Origin: Camelus ferus
Taxonomy: Eukaryota
Direction: 5' to 3'
Length of the DNA: 64,000 bases
Assembly (NCBI RefSeq): GCF_009834535.1
Contig: NC_045697.1
Location: 9,178,001 to 9,242,000, forward strand
A program made the position numbers and the translations under genes. Shown piece by piece: positions 26,471-40,003 of the stretch; the stretch's first letter is position 1, and every line of letters starts with the position of its first letter. The notes beneath the pieces were generated by a model. The model saw nothing but the letters and a program-made list of their open reading frames with translations, had not been told where the DNA came from and ran no database searches.

Positions 26471-27526
26471 AGGAATAGTCATGGGACACACTCAGTACAA
26501 ACGTTGATATTTTTTCCCACAGTCTTCTTTATTATAAGCCTTTCTTGTGCATCCTTTTAAGAGTGTTTCTTGAAGTCTTAAATAGCAATCCTTGCAGCTG
26601 AAGAGTACCTTCTTTTCTTTTCCTGAGATCATCTCTATGCCTGTTCCTAACATAATAGATTCAGAAATAGAGAGACAAATCTGAAAGTGTTATTTGTAGA
26701 CACATTTTGGATTGTGGATGATGATAAAATCTGTGTTCCTACTGTGTGTGGAATGCATACTAGTGATAGGTGTCACTTAACACATGGTAAATTTAAGATT
26801 TTTTACTTCTGAGAGAATCACGTGGGCCACCCACATCAGTCAGTGGAATTACTACATAATCCTGAATTTCAAATATTATTGAGGAACTTTGTTTATTCTG
26901 GATTTTGCCATCCTAGGAAGTATAATAAAGCATAACTTACTGACCTTATATTCACATTTTTATATGAAAGTAGGCTACAAAATCATAGTTTTATATGATT
27001 TAAAACCCAATGGCTCAAAATTGAGAATAAAATCCATAGAAAAGAAAAAATCATCTTCAAGCAGTTCAACTATAAAAAAAAAACAATCAACAAACACACA
27101 AGAAAACCTTTCATTCTTACACACCTCAGAAACAAAAGGAAAAAAGCTTTTTTTTCCAACAACTTATAAATCTATGCAAAAAAACCTCAAAAATATATAT
27201 CTGTGTATTAAACACTTAGCTGTTGACAAGCAGAGGTAATAGCCACCAGGAATTGAAAAGCTAAGCAGAGAGCCCTTTTGAGAAATGAAATCCTAAAATA
27301 ATGACACACAGGAGAAGCAATTTTTAAAAAAGAAACCTTGGCAAACTTCAGAATTTGAAAATAACTTTTCTTAGATCTTGGAGAGAATTATTCAAGACTG
27401 ACAGAAAACTAAAGTATACATATAGGTAACTGGCTAAGGTTATCTGTTCAGCATCATTTATTTGCAGACAGTTTCAGACAGATAATTCCTTGGTATGCAC
27501 ACTCACATATATAAATGGCTGTTTAT

Positions 27527-27537
27527 ACACACACACA

Positions 27538-27568
<31 letters not shown>

Positions 27569-27580
27569 CTTCTCTCTCTC
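27527..27580. repeat. (CA)n(CT)n compound microsatellite
   Basis: Direct reading. Confidence 0.9.
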
Positions 27581-28259
27581 TAATCCTTTCTGATTTGACT
27601 TTATTTTTATATGTATCATCCTTTGTTCTAAATTTTTTGTGTATTATTTAAAGACATTTATTATATCCATCATTGTAAATTTCTTCATTCTATTTATTTA
27701 ATACTTTTTGCTTTCCTATTCAATTATATCTTACAGTACCTGAACTCAGTGCCTTTTTGTACATAAAATACCCACAGACACATTTAAAAAAAGATATGTA
27801 CATGTATATTCAGCCCTAAATAATGTATAATAATTTTCTTTATATCTTGAATGATTCTTGATATTTTTGCATTTCTTTCTTAATCTTTATCCTTTATGCA
27901 AAAATCACCTATAAATGACTGGTTATAAAGAAAGATTTGGTTACCAGTGATAAATATTATAAGACCTAGAACATTAACTCCCTTTCCTGACCATCAGCCT
28001 CCTGATACCAAAGCAGCTTTTTAAGTAGCCCTGTTGTCCTTTTTGACTCATGCTGAGTTTTCAGTCTTTGAAAATTCACCTTCTCTCTTAATTGCAGTTC
28101 TAATACCTAGTTCATAGAATTTTTAAATTTTGAACAAATGGCTAGAAGACATAAGGTGTTGGTTATTATAATTGTTATCTTGCTCCTTCTCCTTTTCCTG
28201 GTTCTTCTCCTTATTATCTGCAATCTTTGCATCACCAACTTCTTCACATTATTCATGTC

Positions 28260-28555
28260 TCAGGAAGAGAGAGGGAGAGAGTTCCTTCTCAGAGAAGCCC
28301 TCCCTAATCACCTTAGCAAAGAATTCCTTATGTCTGGGGACTCCTCTCTAGACTAGAACTATGGTTTACTAACATCATAATATTTTTCACGGTCTGAAAG
28401 TTTTTTTGTTTTTCATGTACATGACTATTTTACTGACAAGAAATTTGGTTCTATGAAAGCATTTTTTTTTCTATTCTGCTTACTGTCCCAATGCTTAGAA
28501 AAGTGCCTAGTCCTAATAAGACTTCAGTAAGTATTTGGTTAATAAATAAAAATAA
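28260..28555 (+). mobile_element. L2 3' fragment
   Basis: ttctcagagaagccctccctaatcacc...aatgcttagaaaagtgcctag...cagtaagtatttggttaataaata. Confidence 0.6.
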
Positions 28556-29866
28556 ACTTTAAAGTTAAATCCTTTTAATTCCATAATCCACACTTTCTCT
28601 TAGTCAGTAACATTTCATAATTGCATGCTATAATTCTCCAGGCTATCCAAAAACTATAGTAGTGCAGTAGCATTACCAAAGAAAAAAAGAGTGATTCTGA
28701 CTGGTACATTTTAAGATAATATTTTGACTGGATCTTGGAGAATGAACAGACTTTTAACTTGAGGAAACCAGGCAGATAATAATAAGAGACAATTTATTGC
28801 TAACAACTCTCACACAAACATCAGGCAGGAGGTGGAGAAAAAAAAAGGCAGGATTTCTAACATTCCCCTACCCAATCATAGGCTAATGATAGATTTGAAA
28901 ATATAATAATCAAGAATATAATAAAACCATCAAACTAGTGCAAAATCAGTGACATATATTACAAAATATATCATGATTCAATTCATTCTGCAATAAAATA
29001 GAAAAATGAATCTTTTTTTTTTGTTGTTGTTGTTTTTTTTTTTTTTTTTTTTACCAAGATAGGAAATAAAGACAGAATAAAACTATTACCATTGATGATA
29101 TAGCTTCAGACTTGGCATCCTAGTAAGTTGATTATATCAACACTAGCACAGATTTTATATCCCTGGCTCATGTATTTCTAATTCTATAGTTGCTTTGACA
29201 ATCCAATAATGATATATTGTTCCTTCCTCAGTAATTTTGGATTTCTTAATAATGATGATCAAATAAAGATCTTTCTTTTTATTTTATTTAACTTTTTCTA
29301 ATTGATAGAATAAAATAATCAATATTTTGCATTACCAATAACTTCTATCCATTTTATTTGTGATTTGTCTCTCTTCTGCATTCTATTTTTGGTCTCTCAT
29401 CTTATCTGGTTAAGAAATTTTAGGAAAAACTGAACAGGAGTTACTCATTTCCCAAAGTTTAAAAAGTCAGTACCATGGATAGCACCACAGGCTGCATCAC
29501 TGCCTTCACATTTAGTTACGTTAGACCAATTTTCCTCACTTGTGTCATTCTTCCTTTCTCTTTGCTCAATCCTATTTTCCTCTAACACAAATTCTAATTG
29601 TGTACTGCTACAAGCTTGCCTCATGAATACCACACAAAGTATAGTTTGATACCATGTCTTATCAACCTAGTTGCACTTATTTAGCTTTATTGTTTACATT
29701 CTTTAATTTTGGACACTTATTTTGCAGTACCAGGATTTGTCAGGTAAAAAGAAGTACGTACAATTCTTAGCAGGAAAATACCAAGTAAGTGGGCCTTTGT
29801 CAAAGTTAATTCAATCAAGAGGTATTATTAATCATTTAAACTGTGGTACGTTCTGGGGAAAGATGC

Positions 29867-29975
29867 TGAGAGAGAGGGAGAGGGAGAGGGGGATGGGGGT
29901 GGAGAGAGAGAGAGAGATGAAGAAGAAGGAGAAGAAGGAGGAGGAGGAGGGAGGGAAGGAGAGAAAAGGGAAGAT
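29867..29975. repeat. Polypurine low-complexity tract (GA/GGA/GAA)
   Basis: Direct reading; explains ORFs 29722-30180 and 29836-30054. Confidence 0.9.
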
Positions 29976-30959
29976 AAATAAAAGATACAATCTCACTGAC
30001 AACGGGTACTCTTATTATAAAGAGAAGATTGACATATGCAAAATTATCTATCACATTGGATCATCTGTGATTAGTACCATGTTAAAACAAGCAATGAATT
30101 TACTAAATATGAATCCTTTACAATTTTATATAATTTTAAAACTTATAGCTAATGTTCTCATATACTTAAAACTTAATTAAAAAAACAGCTCTGTAAGATC
30201 AATATCCTACATAACATACCTTATTTTATAAATAAGAGGAAACAGTGAGATCAAATGACTTGTCTGAGTTCTTAGAACTAACAAATAAGATGTTTGGTCC
30301 TAAAATCTAAGTCTTACTATCAATATTTCCCAGTATTTGCCTATTTTTAAGATGTATTCCTTCTATGATGTTTTATTCATATTTTAGCTTCAGTTTTTTT
30401 GCTTATCAGCTTATCATTCCAAGTTATCCTTTCAAGAAAAGGAAAATAGTACTGGTCTTGGTTTGTGAACATTTGTGTAATATAACCTGTATAAAGACAT
30501 AACATTAAAAAGTTATATTTCAAAACCACATAAATTCATTAAAATACTTTTAATTATTGTCTACATGTGCAAGATACTATGATAAGCACTACAAATTCTA
30601 AGTTGAACAAAATAGAGCTGCTCATATTTAAGAGCTCAAATGTGAAGAGACAAAGAATATTATTCATCTACTCTTACAGAAAAAAGCACAGGGTATGAGT
30701 CAGGAAAGGCACAGCAGGAACCATAATTCAGCACAGATGGTACCCTGTACTTGCAGAACTCTGAGAGTTTGTTAACTTCTTTGTTTTGTGTTCAGGACTC
30801 TCATTTGTCTCACCCTAGTCCTAGCTTTGGTGGCAGTGATGCTAATTCTGTGATATTGCCACCTGGAATATACATGTATATAAACCATCGGCCTTAGTTT
30901 TCAAGAAAGGTAGTATGAGAGTGGAGTAGAAGAAATAATACAACAACTTAAGTTATGTA

Positions 30960-31950
30960 TTGATAAGCTTCTTGATGATCATGATTTTACTTTCCCACCA
31001 CTGACTCCAGGTTACTCCTATTCACTGTCAAGCCCTTAGATGCAGCTTATTCCTTGTAGGGTGGCCCAAATATTTATTTCTAAATAGTTTATCTTTGATA
31101 GATTGTCATAATTTTTTATTGAGCAAGACTATTGGCAACGGAAATGACTCATTGGGTTCTAATCCGATTTCTCCTTTTTCCCATTGGGTAGAAGCATCTT
31201 AATTTCTCTTTAATTAATATAATCAATCCCCTTGTAATAATCACCTTCTCTTTCAGTTCAGTACTATGGGGAACAGAAATAACCAGTGCATTTTCTTGGC
31301 TTTTAAGTTAATAGGAACTTGGCTGTTCTCCCTGTGGGAAACATTTTTTGCTTAAAGAATACAATAATTGGGATTCAAAAACTCTCTAAGTGAGTTATGG
31401 GGTTCTAAGAATGATTTCTTCTAATTCCAGTACTAGTTCCCTATCTGGCTTTGGGGAAAATGACACCATGGGATGGTTATTGGTTTAAATCACATATTAG
31501 ATCATGTAAGACAACATTCATACATGTGAGTGTCCTCTTCCAGCTAGTGCTATAAGTAAGCTTTAGATAGCAGTCTTGGCAGCAGGGAAGGAGGCTATGT
31601 ATGAGCCCTACAATTCTATTGGGCCAGATGTTTATGAACAAAGAATTACATGATAAGATAAGCAAAATTGCATAAGCAAAAGCATTGTTTCATTTAATTT
31701 GCCATGTAATGAGATTCTTAGTTGGAAAAGATGTTATATGGGGCACCAAAGTGATGAGATTGGAATTCTGTAAGTCCATAAATCATGGTGCTGTCAGAGC
31801 ATGGTAGGCAGTAAATCCCTGTCCAGAATAAGATTCTCAAATATCTATTCCCCCAAAACACAAATTATTATCTCCATGGTGGAAGAGGTCCAGTGTAATC
31901 AAGTAGCCATTAGACCACTAGTTACAACCTAAAAGCATACCACCTCACAA
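30960..31950 (-). mobile_element. ERVL/MaLR-type internal relic: integrase and 3' region
   Basis: Minus strand 31871-31909 translates WLLDYTGPLPPWR (ERVL integrase consensus WQVDYIGPLPSWK); about 31005-31075 resembles the ERVL 3' KVWVTPPGK...WVVE segment. Confidence 0.7.
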
Positions 31951-32129
31951 ACACATTTTAAATGTTTCATCTTCTCTTCTGAGGTTTCCCTGTTCCTGCT
32001 GAGATGTGACGGATGACTCAGGGTCCACCCAACCATGAAGTGCAATTAAATTAAAACTATGTGAGTGTAACTTTGACCAGTGGAAGTCAATGGAAAATGA
32101 CAAAGTCAAACATCAACTAAGGAAATGAA

Positions 32130-32480
32130 AAATTATAGCTTTTCATCCAGTTTCCACCTGATGTTGGTTCACAGACCCAGTCAAATGATTAAAAGCAGAG
32201 TCAGAATCCTTTAAGCAAAGACCCTGTAATGCCATCACAGATATATAATAAATATCTCTTTCATAATTTCATAAAAGTTCTTTTAACTTCCAAGGAAACT
32301 GTGCTCTGGGAATATTTGAATTTTTAAGACTTTTGGATACAAGGTTTTCATGACTTTGGTGCTGACACAATCTAGAATTGTCCTTATGGTTCTCTGGTTA
32401 GACTGGGAGCTTACAGAAGCCAACCAAAAATGGAGTTTGCCCCAAGTCCATTTCCAATTGTGTTTAATACATTTGCAGAC
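32130..32480 (+). mobile_element. ERVL/MaLR-type internal relic: protease region
   Basis: Plus strand ctt ttg gat aca (a)ggt = LLDT[G] with a frameshift (about 32330-32345), followed by GSLVRLGAYRSQ (consensus GPPVRVGAYGGQVINGVLAQV). Confidence 0.65.
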
Positions 32481-32526
32481 CTAGCCTGTGATTATATCCC
32501 TGGTCTTTTAGTCTGTAAGTATGAAC

Positions 32527-32658
32527 TATATATATATGTGTGTGTGTATATATATGTGTGTGTATATATATATACACACACATACACACAGACGTATATA
32601 TGTATATATATGTATGTATATATATGTATGTGTATATATATACATACATATATATATA
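32527..32658. repeat. Compound (TA)/(TG)/(CA) microsatellite
   Basis: Direct reading. Confidence 0.92.
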
Positions 32659-33269
32659 AAACAGCTAATAAAAACTTTATATTGGTTCTTTGTCCTGTAG
32701 AGTAAATGTTATTATGGCATATATGCATATTGATTACTAATATTAAATATGACTTAGCTGGTGAAACAGGAGACTAGAGAAGGTATACAAATGTAATACT
32801 GGAAACAAGGAGTTTTAGTAAAGTGATACATATATGAACAAATGGGATTTTAGCATATGGTGTAAGTCAAGATTTTTTTTTTATGGATACACTTTTTTTT
32901 CCCCAACACCACTATTCAACAGTCCTTTTATTTTATTTAGCTCCAATGTGGCACATCACTCCTGTTATATACTAAATTTAACATGAATAAGGATCTGTTT
33001 CTGGAGTTCAGTCTATTCCATTCTGTCCCCCACCTGCATCAATACAATATATTCTCCTAATTGAAACTTTATAGTAAGCATTTGTATTTTAAGCCCTCAT
33101 CTCAGTTCCCTCTTCCCATTGTTCCTTTTTTCAAAAAAAATTTGATTATGTGGATCAGTTTGGATTTAATTCACTTTACAGTAAAATTCTTCATTTACGT
33201 TAGTATGCTCATGTATCAGTTTGGGTCCAATCAGGAGAGAGAAACCACTTAGTGAGGTGAACACTGTTA

Positions 33270-34250
33270 CAAGTAAGAAAATTAAAGTTTTTATCAAAAG
33301 ACTCTTGGAAGAAAGTGAATATCCAAGTTATACACTTAGAGAAGACAGGGATATCTTTTACAATAATAAAGGATTGATGTCAATATTATACAGTAAGAAC
33401 ATTGATAACCCAACAGAAAAATGTATAAGAGACACAAAAATGCATTTCATAGAAGAGCAAACACATATTTGGTAAAAATATGAAAAAATAGAAGGGGGAT
33501 AGCCTCCCTTATTAGCAAATCAATATTACAATGACATCATTTTATAGCTATTGGATTAATGCAACTTAAATGAAATCACAATACAATATGTTGAAAAATA
33601 TTTTTTGTATAATTTTTATGGACATGTAAGATGATAGAATCACCTTGGAAAATCGCTTGATATTATTTCCTAAAATTGTCATACTTTGACTCAGAAAACC
33701 CAGTCCTAGACTAATGCTGAAAATAAAACCCTTACTTATTCATGAGCAGAAGCCATATATAAAAATGTTTATGGCAGTGCTATAATAAATACTATAATGA
33801 ATACTATAATGAAAACCTAGAACCAGCTTTAAGTCTATCCTCAGTGGAGTAAGTGAATAAACTGATAGAGTCACACAGGAATATTATGCAGGCTCAAACT
33901 ACAGAAACAGTATAGATGAATGGTTAGTACCATAATATTAAAGAAAAAAGTAACTCTCAAAAATTACTTACTACTTAAATTTTTAAAAATGTGTGTGTTT
34001 TGCTTATAACATTTAGCAACTCAAATAGAAGGCAGCATGCTAAAAGGAAATCAAGGGAATGATAAACACAGGATTCTGACTGATATTTACATCATGTTAA
34101 TGGAAACAGTGATCTGGGTTGATGAGAGAGCCTTGCAGAGGTGTAAGCTATTATCAAGGTCCTAGTTTGTGTTTTCATCTTGGGTAGCCATATGTTCATT
34201 ATATTATTAAAAATAGCTAAAAAATCTAAATAAAATTGGAGTAAATAAAA
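33270..34250 (+). mobile_element. Ancient L1 ORF2 end and 3' UTR (L1ME/L1MD-like)
   Basis: ORF 33221-33475 ends ...GLMSILYSKNIDNPTEKCIRDTKMHFIEEQT (L1 ORF2-like); gcaagggaatgataaacaca-type 3' UTR at about 34050. Confidence 0.7.
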
Positions 34251-34954
34251 AAGAGTAATCACCTAATATAGTGTGGACCCAGGGAAATTCTTAAATCTTA
34301 AACATATTCTTAGATCAATTTCAGAGGATTATGATAAAATGTCATATAGTATGGTATTTCGGAACATAGGCTCTGATATATTCAAAGCCTGAAATTAACA
34401 CTTACTTAGGTAAAATTTCTAATCTCTCTTGGATTCAGTTATCCTACAGCTAGTAGTACTTTCTTTTTAACAACATGAATGATAATTAGTGCCAAACTCA
34501 AAGGGTTGTTATAAGGATTATATAAATGAATACTTATCAAGTACTTAGTATGCATCCACAGTAAGAACACAGTAAGTCAACACACATAAGTGCTCAAAAA
34601 TGATTTTCCATTTGTTATCCCATTTAAACCTCACAATAAACATGCAAGGTTACCCCTGTTTTACTTATGACATTCATATTGGTTACTTTCCAAAGCCTCT
34701 TGGTTTAGGATTTGAACTCAGATCTAATGGGCACCAATGTATCTCTTGCGCTTTCTTATACATCTTCCTAACGTATTAATTTGTTATGATCATCAGATCT
34801 GATTGGGGACAGGAAAGGCTAAGTTTGAATTAAAATGGTTTTAATTTAAATGTAAGTAATATCTACTTTTTCAGTTTGAACTTTATTATTGAAAACGGTG
34901 GGGTCACACTGAACAGATTTTATATAGTTTTGCCATTTAAAGTAGGATGAGTGA

Positions 34955-35561
34955 TCCAGAGGGAACCTTAATTCAAAAAGATACATGTTCCCCAATGTTC
35001 ATAGCAGGACTTTTTACAATCACTAAGACATGGAAACAACCTAACATTCATTGACAGATGACTGGATAAAGAAGTTGTAGTATATTTATACAATGGAATA
35101 TTACTCATCCATAAAAAATAATAAAATAATGCCATTTGTGGCAACATGGATAGCCTTGGAGAATGTCATTCTGAATGAAGTAAGTCAGAAAGAGAAAGAA
35201 AAACACCCTATGGTATCACTTATATGCAGAATCTGAAAAAAAAAAAGACTAACCAACTTATTTACAAAACAGAAACAGATTCAGACATAGAAAACAAACT
35301 TATGTTTACTAGGTGGGAAGGGAGTGTGAAGGGATAAATTGGGAGTCCGAGATTTGCAGATACTAACTAATATATATAAAATAGATAAACAAGAAGCTTA
35401 TACTGTATAGCACAGGGAACTATATTCAATATTTGGTAGTAACTTATGGTGAAAAAGAATATGAAAACAAGTATTTGTATGTTTCTATATGACTGAACTA
35501 TTGTGCTGTACACCGGAAATTAACATAGCATTGTAAACTGACTATACTTCAATTAATAAAA
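34955..35561 (+). mobile_element. 5'-truncated L1, cetartiodactyl/camelid-type 3' UTR
   Basis: ORF2 end, 3' UTR and A tail; TSD aaagtaggatgagtga (34939-34954) vs aaagtagggagagtga (35562-35577), 14/16 identical, at a TTT/AAAG endonuclease-like site. Confidence 0.92.
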
Positions 35562-38179
35562 AAAGTAGGGAGAGTGAGTATACTTGTCCCCGAGCTTGGA
35601 GAAGTGAGTTATTTCATTGATAGAAGGTAGGGCAGAACCATTAAGATTTACTTAGATTCCCGATACTTTTGGTTGCAAGCCATGTTGTCTGAGGACACTT
35701 TCCAGGAATTTGCAATTGGTTGAGACTGTTCTCCATGGCCTGCTGAGTTCTGAGAAACATGCATCAATAGGCAATTGTTCACAGTGATCACATTTCACCT
35801 GAAAATGTTGTAAAATACAACTCAGTGTGAAAGGCTGTATCTCATAGAACCATTTTCAGATTTAATCTTTTTATTACTTACAAACTGGGAGCACATTCAC
35901 ACATACATACACCTTTACTCAGAGCAACGGAAGTCAACATTTTCACAGTCAACAGACTTCACGTTCAACAACCAACAGAAAAAAATACCAGCTTCACTCA
36001 GTCCCTTGAACACCAAGATGAGTTTCTCCAAACTCTGTGGTGGGCTTTTTTTTTTTTTCAGTTAAGAATAAAAAGATCACTACCATGGAATGAACAAAAA
36101 GCAATTTTTTTTTAATAGACTGAGGAGTTTGGGATCAAGAATTTCTTTCTGATCCAACCTAAGCCGATGAGTGGCATGACTGATGGGAAGATACTGGATT
36201 AGGCGTGCAACTCGAATCAAAACACGTCTGTATTTTGGAGCCTCATAGGTTCTCAAAAATCAGTTGTTTATGCATGTGAGCCCCTAAAGGTGAACCATGG
36301 AATTCTTCCTTTCAATTCTCTCATTTTGCAAAAGAAGATAGAGAAACAGAGAGAAATCTCAAATTCCTGGACTCAGTGTGACTCTGAATACGATGTCTTT
36401 TCTGTTCCACCAAAGCAGTAGCAGAGATTAAGAACGTTTGCTGTCCTCTAGCCCTCAGAACGGCAGTCCACGCTGTCACTTCACGTCTCACTTCCTGACA
36501 AGTATTCTGCGAACAGTATATTGTCTAACAATCCAGTTGGCAGATTTGGGGTTGTCATTCCAGACCCCATCCTCTGTGGCACTCTCAGCATCTCTCTGTG
36601 TGTTGACTTCTTATCTTTGTCTCCCATATACGTTAAGTTTTATTTTAACTTAAGTAAAACCTGCCACAGGCTCTGTTTGTGAAGTCAGTATAGCTTCCTT
36701 TATTTTCACGTTCAGCTCTTAGAAGGACCTCTTCCTTGCTCATTACCTGACACCTCGCCACAGTTTTGTTTTGTTTTTGTTACTTGGTTTCACTTCATTT
36801 TGTTCCTTTGCTTGTCTGTTTTCCCCCCAGATGTAAGAGTTACGTGTGAGGTGATTCCATTTTTCAGCAGTGCTTTTGCCTCAAGACTTTTAGCCTCCAT
36901 CTCTTTGGAAATATTCCGACCACGTTTCCACACCCTATGCTGGAGGAGGGATGAATTGTTCTGTGAGGGAAATAATGGGGTGGCATGCTAGTTTAGACTG
37001 GGGGTGCACGAAGAGCCTCCTTGTGGAAATTACACTAAAGTCTAGTGTGGAGAATGAGGATGCAACCAGGTGAAGATAGGGATAGAAACATTCTGGGTGC
37101 AGGGACCAGCATGTGTACAGCCAAGGCTGCAGGGATAGAGAAAGTAGGCTGTAGGAAATAAGAGTGGAGGGTAGAAAGTAAAGCGGGAAGTGGAGTGAAG
37201 AGATTTATTTCCACATGATCTTCTTTTTTGTTGTGCTGACCTGTCCCCCATCCACCATCACCTGCTTCCATACTTATCCACATCCTTCCCCCAAAATAGA
37301 AACACAGATCATGGATCACCCTAGAATGAATAGCCCAATTTCCTTCCTCCCTAGGTGAATTTAGAAGATTCTTCTGCATGGTTTCTATTTCCTGGCTCCT
37401 GAGCATATCTCATCATAAAATTTTTCAATTTTATTTGTAATCTTGCTGTATGGAGGTCATGTTCTGCTCACCTCCATGAACCCAGAAAGGCTGAAAGCAA
37501 GCACAAAACCGAGCCTTCTGATTTGCCTTTAGAAGGTGCCCCTGGGCACTCAATCAGGTGTGCCTCCCACGTGGATGTAGAAATGGAGAAAAGAAAGCCT
37601 CTGTTCTGCGGGCTCACTAGGCAAAAAATAGAGCCCTGAAGGGGCTACGGCTGGCATTCTTGACCCTCCATCCCAATCTGGGCAGTAAGACAAATCACTC
37701 CTCCTCTTACAGAGAGGTCTGAGTGAGAGGTGGATAGAAGGGGGAATCCTTCTAACTGATACTTGCAGGAGGCCCCATGCCTCTACCTGTGGCATGGAAG
37801 GAACACAGAGAGAGGGAAATGAACTTTCTAGACAGACAGCACATGCTCTGAAGATCTTTAGAAATCGTTATTCACTTGAGATAAGGGTCACTCATTGCAC
37901 TGTCTTCATTCGTTTTCATTCATTATTTTTCAATCACGAAATCAACTCCTAAAATACATAAGCCCTGATGTAGGCACAGGAGATGCAAAGATGCATGAGA
38001 AGTCGTCCATGCATTAAGGTTTCCACATAACATGGGGAGGGAATAAACACTGATTTTGTTTATTACAGAGAAAGATCTCTGTGGGAGAGTAAAAATGACC
38101 TTTTGCTAAAGAATAATCCAGAAGAGATAGAGAATGGACCCTCTGCCCTCATCACAAAAGTAGCTTAATTGAATGAGGG

Positions 38180-38400
38180 ACATCATAGGTTATTCGTGGG
38201 GTTTTGAACCAGATTACCTGGGTTCAAATTCTAGCTACATGGATCACTTTGGGTAAGGAACTAACTACTCTGTTTCCTTATCTGTGAATAAAGAAAGTAA
38301 AATGAACTCTTCCATAAGGTTGTTTAAACACCAAATAAGATAGAGCATGTAAGGCTCTTGGCAAAGATCTTGTATATAACATGTACTCAATGCATGTGTG
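38180..38400 (+). mobile_element. MIR SINE
   Basis: ttttgaaccagattacctgggttcaaattctagct...ctctgtttccttatctgtgaat. Confidence 0.72.
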
Positions 38401-39310
38401 ACTTTAAAAAGTAAGTGAATAAAATGGAAGGGAGAAGCTCAAAGTAAATTCTATTTACTGTCTTAGAATAAGAACTGACCACTGCAAGCAGGAACTTAGT
38501 CTGACCTTTTGTAGCTCCCCCACATTTGCTGTTCTTATAGTATTCTGCCCTTTTCCCTGTAGTGATTACTCTGAAAAGGAAGGTTTTGATGGACTTGCGT
38601 TAGAGACAGTTAGGCAGTGAAAAGCTAAAGGTGCAGCACCCTGTTTCACAGTGTGTTTTGCGAAAGGCTGACTCCCAGGACTCAGAGCAAGGGTAAAAAT
38701 GGCGGCCTATGCCTTTTCTCTTTCTGATCAGTAATTATGTCTTAATTCAGTGAACACCCCAATGTTGCATTGATTTCATCTGACTTGCTCAGTGGTGGAT
38801 TTGATGAGAGTAATATCCGTGTTCATTTTCATTGTTTTGATTAATAATTAAATCTTCTTTACATCAAGAATTTCTAATGCAATAGTCATTAATTTTATGT
38901 GATTTCTACCAAATGAAGTTTATTCACATCTATTATTTCTAGTTCTAAGCAGACTCCCTTTTTGAAAAGTTGCCTTTTCATTTTTCACCTGTTTTCTTCT
39001 TTGAGATATGTTTTTATTCTTTTGGACTATATCACAATCTCAGTTTGTACTCATTCAAAATGATCTGAAGGGTTGAAAAGTAAAACACAGTTGAATTCAA
39101 AGTCTACAAAATGTTAATAAATTTTCATCAAAAATATAATTAAAATTAATGTATAGAAATCAAAAGATGAAAATTATGTTTGTTTATTTTTCAGTTTTCT
39201 TCTAAAACACTCAAAATTTTAAGTTGTTAAAATTTAAACAAAATATCGACTTATAATTCTTTATGTCAAAATATCAAAAATTAAATTTAAATTATTTAAA
39301 TAAAACTGAA

Positions 39311-40003
39311 TTTTTCAATTGAGGTATAGTCAGTTTACAATGTTCTGTCAATTTCTGGTGTACAGCACAATGTCATACATGGATATACATATATTCATTT
39401 TCATGTTCTTTTTCACCATAAGCTACTACATGATATTGAATATATTTCCCTGTGCTATAGAGTATAAACTTGTTTATTTATTTTATGTATACCAGTCAAT
39501 ACCTGCAAATCTCAAACTCCCAGTTTATCCCTTCACACCCTCTTCCCCCCTGGCAACCACAAGTCTGTATTCTATATCTGTGAGTCTGTTTCTGTTTTAT
39601 ATATAAGTTTATTTGTCTTTTTCCTTTTTAGATTCTGCATATGAGCAATCTCATATGGTATTTTTCTTTCTCTTTCTGGCTTATTTCACTTAGAATGACA
39701 TTCTCCAGGGCCATGCATGTTGCTGCAAATGGCATTATTTTATCATTTTTTATTGCTGAATAGTATTCCATTGTATAAATATACCACAACTGCTTTATCT
39801 AGTCATCTGTTGATGGACATTTAGGCTGTTTCCATGTCTTGGCTATTGTAAATAGTATTGCTATGAACATTGGGGTGCAGGTGTCTTTTTGAATTAAGGT
39901 TCCCTCTAGATATATGCCTAGGAGTGGGATTGCTGGATCATATGGTAAGTCTATTTTTAGTCTTTAAGTCTATTTTTAGCCTTTTGAGGAATCTTCATAA
40001 TGT
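39311..40003 (-). mobile_element. 5'-truncated L1, cetartiodactyl/camelid-type 3' UTR
   Basis: Antisense tail ttcaattgaggtatagtcagtttacaatgtt through the ORF2 end; TSD taaaactgaa at 39301-39310 and 40004-40013. Confidence 0.92.

Noticed and set aside
26900..29400. Possible very old L1 ORF1/ORF2 relics
   Set aside because: A-rich and T-rich with only faint motif resemblance; boundaries and family cannot be supported by eye.
29445..29633. 62-aa minus ORF with protein-like composition
   Set aside because: Short, not recognised, no convincing exon boundaries; tBLASTn or PhyloCSF would settle it.
29722..30180. 152-aa ORF with charged E/K/R run, and its antisense partner
   Set aside because: Produced by a stop-free polypurine low-complexity tract.
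32430..32728. Three overlapping Y/I/V/C-rich ORFs
   Set aside because: Translation of a dinucleotide microsatellite.
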